NCBI GenBank assembly: GCA_017539125.1 | Contig: JAFYHO010000054.1 | Location: 12,171 to 76,170 of the forward strand | DNA: 64,000 nt | DNA from: Actinomycetaceae bacterium | GTDB taxonomy: Bacteria > Actinomycetota > Actinomycetes > Actinomycetales > Actinomycetaceae | Direction of reading: 5' to 3' | Part shown: piece after piece, positions 43,416 to 53,277 of the stretch | Layout: the number at the start of each line of letters is the position of its first letter | How positions within the stretch are numbered: position 1 is the stretch's first letter | The notes under the pieces: generated by a model | What the model was told of the DNA's origin: nothing | What the model saw: the letters and a program-made list of their open reading frames with translations, nothing else | The model's database searches: none | Program-made: the position numbers and the translations under genes

Positions 43416-45926
43416 TTATGCGAACCTAGAGCGTACCGCTCGATACGTTTTTCGTAACGCGCGTCCGCCTGTCACTAGAATCCCGTCATCTTTGATGCTG
43501 ATTATGCCCACTCGGAACAACAAACCTGCATTCCACACGAACTGGGCAAAACGACGACGCGGAATCTCGTACACTTCCATGACTGCGGCTGCCGCAGAAA
43601 AGGGCTCGTTGTCGTACACATTCTCCCACTCGGATAAATCTCGATGCCCATGTGTACGCACATGAGCTCGCGCCTGCTCAAGAATACGCACATAGCGTGC
43701 TCCCTGCCGCGCAGGAGAGAGCTCCATAAGCACTGCCCTCTGCGCCTCGCGCCCCATGCTTGCGCGCAGGTGAGAATCGTCTAAAAGCTTGGCTATTGCT
43801 TCGACCCACTCGTCCTCGCTCTGGGCAAGTATGCCTGTGCGCCCATCGTCAATCGCGTCTCTGAAAGGCTCGGTGGGACTGGCGACAGTAGGAGTCTGCA
43901 CAAGGGCCGCTTCCAGCCATTTGATTGCAGACTTTGATTCGTTGAAAATAGAATCGCGAGTCAAGGGGGCAAGACAAATATCTATATTGCGCAAATGGCG
44001 TGGCAATTCGTGCCATACAACAAAAGGAATCCGCTCGATACGCTGGGCATACGCTTCGAGCTTCTCAGTAGGCTCAACCATTCCCCCAAGCCGCAATTCG
44101 ACATTTGGATACTGATTGAGAATGCGGATAATTGCTCTTTCAATTGATGCCCAATCAGCATCGTGAGTATCCGTCCCCGAAAAATAGCCAATTCGCACAG
44201 CGCCCTTTTTGCGTTTCCTGTCCAAAGCTCTCTGGCTCACTTGGGCAAGTTTTGCCCCAACACCGTTAAACCATGTGTGGCTAGGAATCCCTAAAAGACG
44301 CTCAGCCTCACTAGAAATGGTGTGTGTTGAGCCAATGAAATAATCGCAGTGCTCTAGTGTGGTGCGATAGCGGTAGATTCCACGTCTCCACAAATCTCGC
44401 TCCGGCTTACTCAAACCGTCCAAGTTATCCAGTAAAGGCTCAATCTCTGGGTCAAAGATCAAATCGTCGATATCACCCACAATTGGCGTATCGCTGCGGC
44501 GAATCTCCTCAATGAGGTCGAGAATCTGACAGGTTGCCGGCACGCGGTAAAAAACGACAGCATCGGCCTGCTCGGCTAGTTCAGGCAAAGCTGGGTCGCG
44601 ATAATGGCGAAGCTGGGCCGACACACCTACCGTCTCTAAAGCCTCGACAGGGAAATAGCCACGGTATCGCCCAGGGGCACCCTGTATACCCGTCACAATA
44701 AGAACATTGCCGAGTGGCTCATCTTCGGAGCCTGACGGGGCCGCCGCCGCTGCGCGAGAGCCAGCGTAAAGCTCATCGTAGAGTGCAAGAATCTGCTTTT
44801 CTTGTTTCTCTTTACTGATAATTGGCGAAACCGAGCCGTTTCCAGTTAGTTTGTGGCACACCTGCGGATTGGCAAGTCTCTCAATCGCTCGCGCTAACTC
44901 CTGAGAATCTGCCGCTCGAACAACAAGCCCGTTATACCCCTCTTTAATAGCTTCTTCGGGACCTAAAGTATCTGTAGCGATGACGGCTAAACCAGCTGAA
45001 AGGGCCTCACGGGTAAGGATTGAGTGAGATTCGCGCATAATTGAAGGAAGGATAAGAACTTCGTGCTGAGAGAAGATGTCAGCAAGATTTTCTCGACCAT
45101 AAGCGGGCTTACTATGCACCCATTGCGGGAAACCATCAGCAGAAGCGTTGTAAAGGTTAAGACGTGTACCGTCTGGAACATTCGCACTCTGGCAGGCTTT
45201 TTTAAGGACGTCATATCCTTTGAGTTCCGCTTCACCACCAGCGTACATAAAGGAAATAGAGTCTCGCGTCTGCGCAGAAGTATGGCACTCAAAAGCGTCA
45301 ACACCATTTTCCGTTATAACAAGTTTTTCTTCAGGAATACCATTGGCACATAAAACATCCCCTGCCGTGCGTGAAGGAGCGCAGATACAATCGAGATCAT
45401 CAAAAAACTGGGCAAGCCATCTGTCGCGCTCCAAAAGCCACTCATGCGTTTTAGCGCAAGCGCACTCCCCGCATTCAACGACAAGAGAGCAAGGTTTGAG
45501 TTCACGATTAGCTAGAAATTGGCGCGCACATACCCACCAAAAATCGTGCATGGTAAGAATTGTTCGAGCTCCAGCCTCGCGCGCAATCCGCACCATATCC
45601 GCGCCAAGGGTATGGATTGAATGAAAATGAACAATATCAGGTTTAATCTCGTCAATGTACTGCTGAAAATGCTGCGCAATGTCCGGATTGTGATAATTTC
45701 TCTCATCAAACCATGCCAAAAAAGACGATGTGCCCACCCAACGAACAGGGATTTCTTTTTCTATCGTATCGCGCACCTCAAGAGCTTCTAAACCATTCAA
45801 ACACCCTGCAAAAACAAAAGATTCATGCCCCTGATTGCGAACCGCTAAAGCAAAACGCTGCGGAATAAGCGTCCCGCCTGATACGAAATCTGGCGGATAG
45901 TGCGCAGTAACCTGCAAAATCTTCAT
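43416..45926 (-). CDS. large two-domain glycosyltransferase (N-terminal GT4/GT-B type plus a second GT-B-like half)
   Basis: MKILQVTAHYPPDFVSGGTLIP... is GT4-like, and the first half ends with an E-x7-E-like region around LPSIMRESHSILTREALSAG. The second ~400 aa again look GT-B-like. The start is uncertain (45926, 45941 or 45956). Confidence 0.7.
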   Translation of the reverse strand: MKILQVTAHYPPDFVSGGTLIPQRFALAVRNQGHESFVFAGCLNGLEALEVRDTIEKEIPVRWVGTSSFLAWFDERNYHNPDIAQHFQQYIDEIKPDIVHFHSIHTLGADMVRIAREAGARTILTMHDFWWVCARQFLANRELKPCSLVVECGECACAKTHEWLLERDRWLAQFFDDLDCICAPSRTAGDVLCANGIPEEKLVITENGVDAFECHTSAQTRDSISFMYAGGEAELKGYDVLKKACQSANVPDGTRLNLYNASADGFPQWVHSKPAYGRENLADIFSQHEVLILPSIMRESHSILTREALSAGLAVIATDTLGPEEAIKEGYNGLVVRAADSQELARAIERLANPQVCHKLTGNGSVSPIISKEKQEKQILALYDELYAGSRAAAAAPSGSEDEPLGNVLIVTGIQGAPGRYRGYFPVEALETVGVSAQLRHYRDPALPELAEQADAVVFYRVPATCQILDLIEEIRRSDTPIVGDIDDLIFDPEIEPLLDNLDGLSKPERDLWRRGIYRYRTTLEHCDYFIGSTHTISSEAERLLGIPSHTWFNGVGAKLAQVSQRALDRKRKKGAVRIGYFSGTDTHDADWASIERAIIRILNQYPNVELRLGGMVEPTEKLEAYAQRIERIPFVVWHELPRHLRNIDICLAPLTRDSIFNESKSAIKWLEAALVQTPTVASPTEPFRDAIDDGRTGILAQSEDEWVEAIAKLLDDSHLRASMGREAQRAVLMELSPARQGARYVRILEQARAHVRTHGHRDLSEWENVYDNEPFSAAAAVMEVYEIPRRRFAQFVWNAGLLFRVGIISIKDDGILVTGGRALRKTYRAVRSRFA

Positions 45927-46025
45927 CGTCTGTTCTTTCATCGAAAACGCGAACATCTAAAGTTTAGACCACTCTGAACAATTTATGACGCTCTCATCAC
46001 GCATTGCACAGTCATCGTTCACCAT

Positions 46026-46760
46026 TTAGACAAAGAGATGGCTTATTGCCCAAGCAAGGGCAATTGCACCGAAAAGAGCCGAGAGCCAGAACTCGACGGC
46101 AGCCCATGCGGGCACACGCTCGAGAGCGCCGCGACGCAAAGGCAAAACAGGTGCTCTGTTGCGCATGATTTTCGGATTGGCTTCAAGACGCTCCATCAGC
46201 TCGCGCTGAGCAGGGGTAACGTCCTCGTCTGCCACGTCAATGAGCTCGCCCATACCAGGCTCGACCTGCACAAGAGGAAGCAGTGTGCCAACCGGCGGGT
46301 CAACAGGATTATCCGTGTCTTTACTATGAACGACGACAACAGCGCGAAAGTCCTGGTCACGTGACTGCTTTGTTTGACCGTCGCCGTCCACATTATCTAT
46401 TGACGTTACGCAGGGGCGGCAAACAACAGGCACAAGCACACCGCCGCCTTTCGAGCGACGCGCAGCAGGCAACTCTTTCGTGGCAAGAACTCGCGCAACA
46501 ACAGGGATTGAGTTTCGCCCTTTCGGCTTGAGCGCCCACGGCGACAGACACAGCGCCCCAAAAGCAAGCATGGCAAGAAGCCCCTTAAGGACACTGGACA
46601 TCGAGGGCAAAGCTGGCAGAGCACCAATACCGAGAATGACACCACCTATCGAGCCAAGAAAAAATGCGGTACCGATTCGGCGGGCATGATCGATGGGGCG
46701 CGAAGCAGGCACAGTTGCCTCCCGCAAAATCTCTCGCACAAGGCTGCCACTATTTGACAT
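46026..46760 (-). CDS. hypothetical membrane protein
   Basis: 244 aa with two N-terminal TM segments and one C-terminal TM segment around a soluble core. It is the last gene of the TetR / ABC / YhgE operon direction. Confidence 0.5.
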   Translation of the reverse strand: MSNSGSLVREILREATVPASRPIDHARRIGTAFFLGSIGGVILGIGALPALPSMSSVLKGLLAMLAFGALCLSPWALKPKGRNSIPVVARVLATKELPAARRSKGGGVLVPVVCRPCVTSIDNVDGDGQTKQSRDQDFRAVVVVHSKDTDNPVDPPVGTLLPLVQVEPGMGELIDVADEDVTPAQRELMERLEANPKIMRNRAPVLPLRRGALERVPAWAAVEFWLSALFGAIALAWAISHLFV

Positions 46761-46835
46761 GTAATCCTCCAGCTGGCGCTCGCGTCTGCACTGTCTCCTC
46801 CGAGACTACAGCACTAGGGCACGCAGTCAAGCGCC

Positions 46836-49022
46836 TTAGCGTGGGCGAACCATGAATGCGTTATCGCCCGTTGACGAACCCGTCACCAAAGGCGGGTGCA
46901 AATCGCGCATACGGAAGAGCTGTCGGCGGCGAATCAGAAGGACAACACCCACTATGCTCAGCACTGCGATAATCGCCAAAACAGCCAGCGCCCCCCAATA
47001 GACCGCCATATTTCCGCCGGAAATCGCCACACGGAAAGCGTCAACCGAGTATCGCATCGGCGAAATCACCGCGAGCGCCTGCCAGAAGGGACTGAGCATG
47101 GCAATCGGGAATGTGCCGCCGCACGCCGGCAGCTGCAAAATGAGAGCCACCAAGAAAATCGCCGTCTGTATCGCCCCCAGACCAAGACGCACCACATACG
47201 CCAAGGCCATGAAGGAAATCGCCGTCACTAAAAGAAGCAGGACGTAGAGCCACGGGTGGACGGGGTTGATACCCAAGACGGGCCACAAAACCAGACCCAT
47301 AATGAGTGCGCCAACCAAACCAATGGCGGCAACCGGCCCGAAGCCGAAGGTGGCGATACGCCCGGGGCGTGCCCGCCCGGTTAGCGCGCGGCCGGAGATT
47401 GTGCGCACAACGAGGAAGGTCGAAATCGTCGCAATCCACAGGCCGAGGGAGAAGAACATCGGGGCAAGCCCGCGCCCGTAGTATTTCGCGGGATTGTCTA
47501 CCACTTGGTGCACGTCAATCGGCGAGGACATCACTGCTGACATGTCCTCACGCTCGGTGTCGCTGAGAGCCGGAATCTGCTCGGCGCCCTCCGTCAGCCC
47601 TGTTGAAAGATCGTCTGCGCCCTGAACAAGTTGCGGCATTGCTTCGTCCAACTGGTCGAGCGCCTGAGACAGACGCTGAATGCCCGAATTGAGCTGACCG
47701 CCTTGGGCGGAGAGACCGGCGGTTGTACTGCGCAAAGACTCAACATTCTGGTTCACCCCAGAAAGCACATCTTTCGAGGTCTGCCCGCCTTTTTGAATAG
47801 CCGTCAAACCCGAAACAATGCCGTCGCCAGCACCAGCAAGATTCTTGTCGGCCTGCCCGATACCCTCAAGAGCGCCTTGCAGCTTCGTCGCGCTCGTCTG
47901 TAGGTCGATGCTCTGCAATGTATTCGCTATATTTCCCACGCCTGTGCTGACGGCACTCGTATTGGTATCGGCTGTCGCAAGAGCTGCGGTGAGTGATTGA
48001 AAAGCAGGATCACTCGCCAGCTCTGGGTGGGACTGCGCGAGCGCTGCCGCCGAGGCTTGAGCGGTTTTCACCCCAACAACGCTCTGCCCGACCGGAGAGT
48101 TTTGCCCTGCACCAGCCAGATTATTGACGTCCGTCCCGATTTGTTGAAGCTGTCCGCCAAGGGCAGGAACGTCCTCTTTCAAATAGCTTGAGGCGGTTTG
48201 CAGATGGGTGGCAATATCGGTCGCCGAGGTCTTTATGGTCTGGCCAGCACCAGCAATCTGCGTTGCTCCACTTTCGATATCGGACGCCGCCGAATTGAAG
48301 CCCGTCACGGCGCTGTCGAAAGACGAAAAAGCATTGGGGACACTATTCATAGCGCTCTGCATACCGCCTATATCAATCCCCTTGACTGCGGTGTCGAGCT
48401 GGTTCACTCCCTCTCGCACTTCAGCAAGATGGTCGTGCAAAGAGCGCGAGCCCTCACTGGCGGTATCCATCCCCGCGCGGATATCTTCGAGGTTGGTGAA
48501 AAGGGCGGTGAAATAGGTCTGCGAGATGGACGAATCGAGGGTGGCAGTGAGCGCATTGTCGATTTGCGAGGTGAGAATACCGGCGATAAAGCCATTCGCG
48601 TCGTCGCGTTCGAGGGAAATCTGGGCGCGCTCAGGAGTGAATGCTCCCGCCGAGGTCAGACGCTCGGAAAAGTTCTCGGGAATCGTCATCACCATGTAGT
48701 ACGTGCCCTCGGAGAGCCCGTCATTTGCCCCTTGGGCGTCCGTGCCGAGAAATTGCCAGTTGAAATTGTCTTGCGTGCGCAAAGCGTCCTCGAACATTGC
48801 GCCACCGTCAACCTTTTCGCCTTTATATTCAGCGCCTTTATCGAGATTGACGACGGCTATTTTGAGACGGTCCGTATGATTGTAGAGGTCCCAATTCGCG
48901 GCGAGATAGATACCGCCGTAGAGGATGGGAATGAGCAGGATAAAGACGAGGGCAAGCGCAGAAAGCCCCTTAAATCGGCGGAATTCGTAGCGTAGAAGTC
49001 TGCTGAACGGTGCGAATTTCAT
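46836..49022 (-). CDS. YhgE/Pip-domain membrane protein
   Basis: N-terminus FRRFKGLSALALVFILLIPILYGGIYLAANWDLYNHTDRLKIAVVNLDKG, a long Ala/Gln/Gly-rich helical middle region, and a C-terminal ABC-2-like TM bundle. Confidence 0.8.
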   Translation of the reverse strand: MKFAPFSRLLRYEFRRFKGLSALALVFILLIPILYGGIYLAANWDLYNHTDRLKIAVVNLDKGAEYKGEKVDGGAMFEDALRTQDNFNWQFLGTDAQGANDGLSEGTYYMVMTIPENFSERLTSAGAFTPERAQISLERDDANGFIAGILTSQIDNALTATLDSSISQTYFTALFTNLEDIRAGMDTASEGSRSLHDHLAEVREGVNQLDTAVKGIDIGGMQSAMNSVPNAFSSFDSAVTGFNSAASDIESGATQIAGAGQTIKTSATDIATHLQTASSYLKEDVPALGGQLQQIGTDVNNLAGAGQNSPVGQSVVGVKTAQASAAALAQSHPELASDPAFQSLTAALATADTNTSAVSTGVGNIANTLQSIDLQTSATKLQGALEGIGQADKNLAGAGDGIVSGLTAIQKGGQTSKDVLSGVNQNVESLRSTTAGLSAQGGQLNSGIQRLSQALDQLDEAMPQLVQGADDLSTGLTEGAEQIPALSDTEREDMSAVMSSPIDVHQVVDNPAKYYGRGLAPMFFSLGLWIATISTFLVVRTISGRALTGRARPGRIATFGFGPVAAIGLVGALIMGLVLWPVLGINPVHPWLYVLLLLVTAISFMALAYVVRLGLGAIQTAIFLVALILQLPACGGTFPIAMLSPFWQALAVISPMRYSVDAFRVAISGGNMAVYWGALAVLAIIAVLSIVGVVLLIRRRQLFRMRDLHPPLVTGSSTGDNAFMVRPR

Positions 49023-49795
49023 GCTTCGTCTCCTTCGTTGTGGTGTGCGGGAGTGCTGATTGGCGTGACGATATCGTCAAGTTCGCTGATGCGCCCGCCT
49101 TCAAGGTAGATGCGCACAGCGTCCTCGGGTGCGCCCACATCGTCGAGGCACGACAAGACAATTGCCGAACCGTCGAGCTCGGCGAAACGGCGAAGCAGCG
49201 CGTACATTGTCGGGCGTAGTTGCGGCGGGATTCCCGCGTCTGCGTCATCGGCGACAATGACGGCTGCTGGCCGCAATGCCACCAAGGTGATGGCGAAGAT
49301 GAGGCGCACGAGCGGGGGAAGCTCCTCGATTTCAATATCGCGATTGATTGTGTATCCCATATGTTCTTCGATTTCTTCAACCCGCTTTTCTGCCGTGCGC
49401 AGGGCGATGCCGTCAAGATACGCTCGCTCGGTGATAGATTCGCCGACTGTCAGGCGGTCCTCAAGTGCAACATAGCTTCCCAGACGTGCCACGGCCGTAT
49501 ACTCTTTCGCGCGATGCGGCTCGGCGATTGCGTCAATTCCGCAGATTTCCAGAGAGCCCGCAGTGCGACGGAAGCGCCCAGAAAGGGCGAGCAGAAGCGT
49601 CGATTTGCCTGAGCCCTCTGCCCCACAGGCGATACAGATATCGCCAGCAGAAAGGTCGAGGTCGAGGGGGCCGAATGTGTTTTTCCCTCGACTGCGCGCG
49701 TGCAGGTCGCGGGCGCGCAAGAGTGTGGTGCGCGAGTCGTCCTCGCTCGTTTGCGGCGAGTCGACAACTGGCAGAACATCAGTTTGCTGGGTCAT
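49019..49795 (-). CDS. ABC-type ATP-binding protein with degenerate signature and Walker B motifs
   Basis: Walker A is intact (GAEGSGKST). No LSGGQ is recognisable. The Walker B region reads VIVADDADAG, so there is no catalytic Glu after the Asp. It overlaps both neighbours by 4 nt. Confidence 0.7.
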   Translation of the reverse strand: MTQQTDVLPVVDSPQTSEDDSRTTLLRARDLHARSRGKNTFGPLDLDLSAGDICIACGAEGSGKSTLLLALSGRFRRTAGSLEICGIDAIAEPHRAKEYTAVARLGSYVALEDRLTVGESITERAYLDGIALRTAEKRVEEIEEHMGYTINRDIEIEELPPLVRLIFAITLVALRPAAVIVADDADAGIPPQLRPTMYALLRRFAELDGSAIVLSCLDDVGAPEDAVRIYLEGGRISELDDIVTPISTPAHHNEGDEA

Positions 49796-50481
49796 GCGAT
49801 TACTCCTTGCAGACAGTAGCGAAAGAAATTGGTGCTTTCTTCATTGCTTTGAAAATCGGGGTGGGCTGCCCGTTCAAGGCAGAGGCTATTCATTAGTGAG
49901 ATGAGCGCGATGGCAAAAATGCGTAATTGTTTCTCGCTCAAATGTTTCATGGAAGGGTGTTGACGGGTTGCTTCGACGACTTTCTCGATACGCTCGTCAA
50001 AGACGCGCTTGTAGATACTGGCAACTTCTGGGTTTGTGCGCGCGAGCATTCGCACCTGGGCAATGAGGATTTCCCACGGTTGTAGTGTGGGAATATAGTC
50101 GGTAAGGGCGCTGGAGAGGCGGTCGAGCAAATCGTCAACATCGTTCGCATCATTGGCGAGTTCTGTCAGGGTTTCAACGACGGCATTTTGGCGGACTTGT
50201 TCTTCCCACACTTCCATGAATAGGGCTGTTTTTGAGCCGAAGTTGGAATAGATTGCTCCTTTTGTGAAGCCGGCACGGGTGGCTATACGTGCAAGAGAGG
50301 CACGCTCATATCCCTCGTCAAGAAAGACATCGGCAGCGGCATTCAAGATGCTGACGCGCACATCGTCTCTTTTAGGACGGGAAAAGGGGCGCTGTTTATT
50401 CATGCGAGCACGCGAGGCTAAGCCTTGGGCGATGTCGTCAGCTACGCGACGCTCGCGGGCGTGCAATTTGTCAATATCCAT
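49792..50481 (-). CDS. TetR-family transcriptional regulator
   Basis: HTH region RVSILNAAADVFLDEGYERASLARIATRAGFTKGAIYSNFGSK. I prefer the ATG at 50481 (MDIDKL, GGAG SD) over the track's TTG at 50487. Confidence 0.85.
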   Translation of the reverse strand: MDIDKLHARERRVADDIAQGLASRARMNKQRPFSRPKRDDVRVSILNAAADVFLDEGYERASLARIATRAGFTKGAIYSNFGSKTALFMEVWEEQVRQNAVVETLTELANDANDVDDLLDRLSSALTDYIPTLQPWEILIAQVRMLARTNPEVASIYKRVFDERIEKVVEATRQHPSMKHLSEKQLRIFAIALISLMNSLCLERAAHPDFQSNEESTNFFRYCLQGVIA

Positions 50482-50495
50482 ATACAACTCCGAAA

Positions 50496-50534
50496 ACTCA
50501 ATACCGACGGTTTTCGATACCGTCGGTATTGAGT
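50496..50534. promoter_or_regulatory. perfect 16-nt inverted repeat, candidate TetR operator
   Basis: ACTCAATACCGACGGT - TTTCGAT - ACCGTCGGTATTGAGT, 15 nt upstream of the tetR start, in the divergent tetR/panE intergenic region. Confidence 0.6.
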
Positions 50535-50652
50535 ATGGTCTCTAGGGCTGCTATGTGCAAGCGTTTGTGACCTTCCCCTACTCAAACATTGCGAATCTCA
50601 CCAACACATTCTGCTCCGGCAATACGAGGATTAAAAAGCATAGAATACGTGT

Positions 50653-51597
50653 ATGAAGATTGCAGTTATCGGCACGGGCGGGATTGGCGGATATTACGGC
50701 AGCCAGCTTATCGCCGCAGGTGAAGAGGTCCATTTCCTTTCGACACAGCGCCACGTAGACGCTGTGCGCGAGCGCGGGCTTATCGTACAGACCGACGAAG
50801 GCGAGCGCTCCTACACTCCCGCTTCTATCACGACCAATGCGGAAGAAATCGGACCAGTCGATATCGTTCTCAATGCCGTCAAGCTTTACCAATTGCGCGA
50901 ATCAATGGAGAATGCGCGCCCTCTTATTGGCGAGAACACCCTCCTCATTTCCACACAAAATGGTGTGACAGCTCCAGAAACCATCGCCGAATATGTCGGC
51001 GCTGAACGCTCGGTTGCAGGGCTATGCATTATTGTCTCTTACACAGACGCACCTGGGCATATTCGCCAAGTTGGGTTTTTACCGAAAATCGTTATCGGCA
51101 CACGCCCCCTTGCAGATAAAGGCAAAGACGGCGTTGACCCGCGCATTGACGAGTTCACTAAGGCACTCGAACGCGGCGCTGTTATTGCGCAAACTAGTGA
51201 CGATATTGAACGCGAATTGTGGAAGAAGTTTGCCCTTATCACGACTTTTGGTGGGGTGTGCGGTTTGGCTCGCGCTACTATCGGTCAAGTGCGTGACTAC
51301 CCGCCAACGCGCGAATTGCAAATACAGGCTCTTGCCGAAGCGCGTGCTGTTGCTAATGCCCGAGGCATTGCGCTTACCGAAGCAGACACTCACGATATTC
51401 TTGACCGTCTCGACATCCTGTCACCCGAATCAACAACCTCTATGCAACGCGATATTGAGGCAGGCCGGCCCTGCGAGCTAGAGGATTTGAACGGCACTCT
51501 CGTGCGCCTTGGCGCGGAAGTCGGCGTAGATACGCCCCTCAACCGTATTGCTACTGCCTGCATGGGTTTGCAGATTCAGGAAAGCTCGCCCTGCTGA
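50653..51597 (+). CDS. panE: 2-dehydropantoate 2-reductase (ketopantoate reductase family)
   Basis: MKIAVIGTGGIGGYYGSQL is a Rossmann motif. The C-terminal ApbA/PanE-like region reads ...SMQRDIEAGRPCELEDLNG. Confidence 0.75.
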   Translation: MKIAVIGTGGIGGYYGSQLIAAGEEVHFLSTQRHVDAVRERGLIVQTDEGERSYTPASITTNAEEIGPVDIVLNAVKLYQLRESMENARPLIGENTLLISTQNGVTAPETIAEYVGAERSVAGLCIIVSYTDAPGHIRQVGFLPKIVIGTRPLADKGKDGVDPRIDEFTKALERGAVIAQTSDDIERELWKKFALITTFGGVCGLARATIGQVRDYPPTRELQIQALAEARAVANARGIALTEADTHDILDRLDILSPESTTSMQRDIEAGRPCELEDLNGTLVRLGAEVGVDTPLNRIATACMGLQIQESSPC

Positions 51598-52961
51598 TCC
51601 TGTTCAGCGTACTGCCCGAAAGAGGACACATTACCGCGGAAGAGCAAATCAACAGTACCCGTCGGACCTGAACGCTGTTTGCCGATAATAATCTCAGCGC
51701 TACCGTCACGCTCTTCTTCAGGGCGGTACACATCAGGGCGATGAATAAGCAAAATGACATCAGCATCTTGCTCAAGCGAGCCGGATTCACGTAGGTCAGA
51801 GACTTGTGGGCGCTTCCCCTCACGGGTTTCCGCGTTTCGATTTAGCTGAGCTACGGTAATAATAGGCACTCCTAATTCCTTGGCAAGCAGCTTAATAGCG
51901 CGGGACTGCTCAGAAACTTCTTGCTGACGATTCTCGGCAACGCGCCGTCCTGACGAGGACATCAATTGCAAGTAGTCAATAATGACGAGTTTGATATCGT
52001 GTTGCTGCTTGAGGCGGCGACACTTTGCGCGTATCTCTGATGTTGTGATATTTGGACTATCGTCGATGATGAGAGGCTTTTGTCCAATACGTTCAAGGGT
52101 GCTTGCGATTTTTGTCCAATCCCTATCCTCAATCTTGCCTTTAATCATTCTGTCGAGAAAAATATCAGTTTCGGCAGCTAGCAGGCGCATTGCCAATTCG
52201 TTACGGTTCATTTCCAGAGAAAAATAGACCGTCGGCATATCGTTTTTGATGGCTGCTGTACGCGCAATGTCCATGGCGAGGGTCGATTTTCCAGCGCCAG
52301 GACGTGCGGCAATAATAATCATTTGCCCTTCGCGCAGACCGTTAAGCTTATTGTCCAAATCCTTAAAACCAGTCGGAACGCCGCGCAGAGAGTCATCACG
52401 GCTGGCATTCGTCTCTAATTCGTTAATCAAGTCGGGAATGATGTCACCCAAAGGCCGGAAACTGGAAGCTTCGTGCTGCTCCGAGATAGCAAAAACCTCA
52501 GCCTGAGCAGTGTCAACAAGCTGTTCAACGTCTGCACCATTAGTTGTGTAACCGAGTTGAGTAATCCGGGTGCCAACTTCAACAAGGGCACGCAATTGTG
52601 CCTGTTCACGGACGATTTCTGCATAATAGACGGCATTAGCGGGGGTGGAAATTGAAGAGACGAGAGTGTCGAGGTAAAGTCTGCCGCCAATGCGTTCAAG
52701 GTCGCCATTTCGCTCTAACTCATGTGCGAGGCTGAGGGGATCGGCAGGAACGCCTTTCCCATATAGCTTGACGATTGCGCGGAAAATATCAGCATGAATG
52801 GGCTTGTAGAAATCTTTATCGGTGATTGTTTCAACGACATCTCCAATGGCGTCTTTAGACAGGAGCATTGAACCCAGCACACTTATTTCGGCGTCGATAT
52901 TCTGAGGTGGAATGCGCTCGTACTGGAATTCTGCACGTGCGCCCTCACTCACTACCGTCAT
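51576..52961 (-). CDS. dnaB: replicative DNA helicase
   Basis: PPQNIDAEISVLGSMLL, Walker A IIIAARPGAGKSTLAMDIA, Walker B LVIIDYLQLM; 461 aa with no intein. Confidence 0.95.
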   Translation of the reverse strand: MTVVSEGARAEFQYERIPPQNIDAEISVLGSMLLSKDAIGDVVETITDKDFYKPIHADIFRAIVKLYGKGVPADPLSLAHELERNGDLERIGGRLYLDTLVSSISTPANAVYYAEIVREQAQLRALVEVGTRITQLGYTTNGADVEQLVDTAQAEVFAISEQHEASSFRPLGDIIPDLINELETNASRDDSLRGVPTGFKDLDNKLNGLREGQMIIIAARPGAGKSTLAMDIARTAAIKNDMPTVYFSLEMNRNELAMRLLAAETDIFLDRMIKGKIEDRDWTKIASTLERIGQKPLIIDDSPNITTSEIRAKCRRLKQQHDIKLVIIDYLQLMSSSGRRVAENRQQEVSEQSRAIKLLAKELGVPIITVAQLNRNAETREGKRPQVSDLRESGSLEQDADVILLIHRPDVYRPEEERDGSAEIIIGKQRSGPTGTVDLLFRGNVSSFGQYAEQDQQGELS

Positions 52962-53108
52962 ATTCCTCTCCTCGAGATGTGCCCAAAATTACATGTCTAG
53001 GCCTTAAGACCTATTCTGTGGCACTACATTTCCCTTTTATTGCCACTCTTCTGCCCCCTATCTTCCTCATCATCATACGAGAATGCAAGCACAAATATTC
53101 ACCTCTCC

Positions 53109-53277
53109 TGTGGAAACACTCCCATGACACGCTGAATAAAATGTGGATAAAGATGCAGGAAATGTGGATATTAACTCTTGTCAACAAGCACAATAAGCAC
53201 TTTCTATCCACATGTGGGGAAAACATATGGGATAACCTCGCAAAAAGGAATTTTTGGTCAATCCTACGTGTGGATAA
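53109..53277. promoter_or_regulatory. cluster of DnaA-box-like 9-mers in the AT-rich dnaB upstream region
   Basis: TGTGGATAA at 53142-53150 and 53269-53277, both perfect reverse complements of TTATCCACA. TGTGGATAT at 53163-53171 and CTATCCACA at 53204-53212 each have one mismatch. TGTGGAAAC at 53109-53117 is weaker. Confidence 0.5.

Noticed and set aside
51576-51597. 22-nt convergent overlap of the panE and dnaB 3' ends
   Set aside because: This is probably real but unremarkable, since convergent tail overlaps are common. I see no hairpin or regulatory signal in it.
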